Assembly: GCA_008690995.1 (NCBI GenBank)
Contig: VRMN01000026.1
Coordinates: 45,942-65,941 of the forward strand
Direction: 5' to 3'
DNA from: Porphyridium purpureum
Lineage: Eukaryota
DNA length: 20,000 bases
This document shows, one piece after another, positions 18,374 through 20,000 of this stretch; within the stretch, counting starts at the first letter, position 1, and each line of letters starts with the position of its first letter. Made by a program: the position numbers and the translations under genes. The notes under the pieces were generated by a model, which saw only the letters and a program-made list of their open reading frames with translations, ran no database searches and was not told the origin of the DNA.

Positions 18374-19099
18374 GCCGGTCACACGTTGAGTTTTACCACG
18401 TGTATGGTCTTTCTGCCCGTATGCTCCCCATACATCGCCACCAAGCGCGATCTTTGCGTCGTTGATTCGGAGTCATGCAGCGAGCTTGCGCTCTTGCGCA
18501 GGCTCGATCAAGCATCTGCACCCCGATGCGACGTCGCGCGTCCGCGTACGTGTGTCAAGAACTCACGTCGCACTCTGTATGAAAATAGGCTAGTTTAATA
18601 GGAAGTAAGAGGTACACTCCGTGCGCACCCACGTGTACAGTTCCTTCTGCGCGCGATGACGTTGTGAGGTGGCTCCGAGTCAGACCATCCACGTCAAGGC
18701 ACGGAGCGCGCTCCTGTCGTTGTTGCACAACGCGCGTCCGAAATTCATTCGGGCCATGTGAACACGAAGGTGTGCGTGACATGCCAGTGTGATGTCCGCG
18801 TCGACCTTCTGACTGGGCTCGTTCCTGGCCCTGGTCTCGCCACGACATTGACCAGGTGCAGATGTGTTTCCCCGAACCTAGCATGTCTGCTCATCTCAGG
18901 GACCGATCAAATATTGACACATGGCTCGACTGTGGAGACGCTAGCTACACGCTTGGACACGCAGGCATGGACATAACGACGCTGACCGTGTCCGACGGAT
19001 TCTATCTTTCTTCGTACCACCTGCTGCGTGTGCATGCGTTCGGATTGCAGGCAAGCATATAAATGGACCTGAGGAGCACGACGGCCCAGGAAGCATTGG

Positions 19100-20000
19100 A
19101 TGCTCGTCAGTAAAACGCACCAGGTAGCATTGAGATTTGGAAAGGAGCAGCGGAGACGAGAGCGAGCAGACCTTGTGGAAGTGGTACCCGGCACCATGCA
19201 GGCCATAATGTCGATGAACATGCAGCCCGGACCACATTTCCTCAGTACACCGGCGGAGGAATCGGCGGACGGCACGCAGACCCCCGACTTTGAGTCCGGC
19301 TTTCTCACAGTTCCAGCGTTAAAGGGAACTCTGCAAGGCATCAACAGCATTCACGCGGACCATGTGAATGCGGCGGAGGAGGACGACTACGCGCTCGAGA
19401 CTTTTGAGGAGTTTCAAGTGACTGACCCCTCGCCCGACGACTCGCCGCTCAGTTTCGAGCATCTTGCAAACGACGCAAGGCGTGAACCGTGCTCTGTTGA
19501 TGGAGGGACACTGTTTTCGCGTTTGCCCCGCACGTGGGATCAGACAGGCTTTGAGCAACAGCGCAACACTTTTGGTACCGCGCGAACGTTCCGTAAAACC
19601 AGTGGTCGACTCGCTGACATCGATGCTCTGCACGGTCACTGTCCTACCCAGGTACCGGTTTCGTGGTGCGAGGAGCCCGAACCGGTTGTGCTTGATCATG
19701 CTGAGGCGGAGGAGGAAGACATGGCTTTTAGGCAGCAAACGCAGACCGACTCCGTACCTGAGAAGAACACACTCGAGCACTGCTCTGGAGGAGCAAAGCT
19801 CAGATCTCCGGAAGAGTTCGCGTACGAGTTGGTGCAGCCGCATCACACTGCGTCCCATCCGGTGGTGACGAAGAAGGCCCTCACAGAGCCTGTCACATCG
19901 GACGACCTAGAGCTGAAGAAGGCGGAGAGCAACAGAAAGAAACTTGGCGAGAAGGTCAAGGATATACTCGCGCACAGCACACTTTCCCCACGTGGCCGCA
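19100..20000 (+). CDS. 5' part of a hypothetical protein with an acidic low-complexity N-terminus; runs off the right edge
   Basis: Hand-translated 300 codons without a stop from ATG 19100: MLVSKTHQVALRFGKEQRRRE...MQAIMSMNMQPGPH...EEDDYALETFEEF...LELKKAESNRKKLGEKVKDILAH. Further in-frame ATGs occur from 19196. No domain recognised. Confidence 0.7.
   Translation, partial: MLVSKTHQVALRFGKEQRRRERADLVEVVPGTMQAIMSMNMQPGPHFLSTPAEESADGTQTPDFESGFLTVPALKGTLQGINSIHADHVNAAEEDDYALETFEEFQVTDPSPDDSPLSFEHLANDARREPCSVDGGTLFSRLPRTWDQTGFEQQRNTFGTARTFRKTSGRLADIDALHGHCPTQVPVSWCEEPEPVVLDHAEAEEEDMAFRQQTQTDSVPEKNTLEHCSGGAKLRSPEEFAYELVQPHHTASHPVVTKKALTEPVTSDDLELKKAESNRKKLGEKVKDILAHSTLSPRGR

Noticed and set aside
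18605..19050. Possible 5' UTR intron (GTAAGA at 18605, CTGAC at 18982, TTGCAG ending 19050)
   Set aside because: The signals are short, the branch-like motif is far from the AG, and no upstream coding exon requires splicing; needs RNA-seq.
18907..19868. Track ORFs of 147, 179, 134 and 98 aa near the right edge
   Set aside because: They are shadows of the longer plus-strand frame that starts at 19100 and stays open to the edge.

Overview
Gene-dense, GC-rich eukaryotic nuclear DNA with no introns needed to explain any gene. The compactness and transit-peptide-like leaders suggest a unicellular red alga such as Porphyridium (inference). Twelve protein genes are supported: a partial Prp16/DHX38-like 5' end at the left edge (absent from the ORF track), a prokaryote-type SAM methyltransferase, a cyanobacterial-type NUDIX protein, UPF0652/DUF2009, an ArsA/GET3 ATPase with a predicted N-terminal membrane anchor, a large C2H2 zinc-finger protein, a Cys-rich type I membrane protein, HYPK, an armadillo-repeat protein, an AlkB-like 2OG-Fe(II) oxygenase, and an acidic ORF running off the right edge (also absent from the track). 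I saw no rRNA, tRNA, CRISPR array or transposon, and no coherent multi-gene system. The best leads are the membrane-anchored GET3, the candidate transferred genes, a 17-bp hairpin with inverted GATA motifs, and a GTAC cluster in a divergent promoter. Family calls come from motif recall, not database searches.
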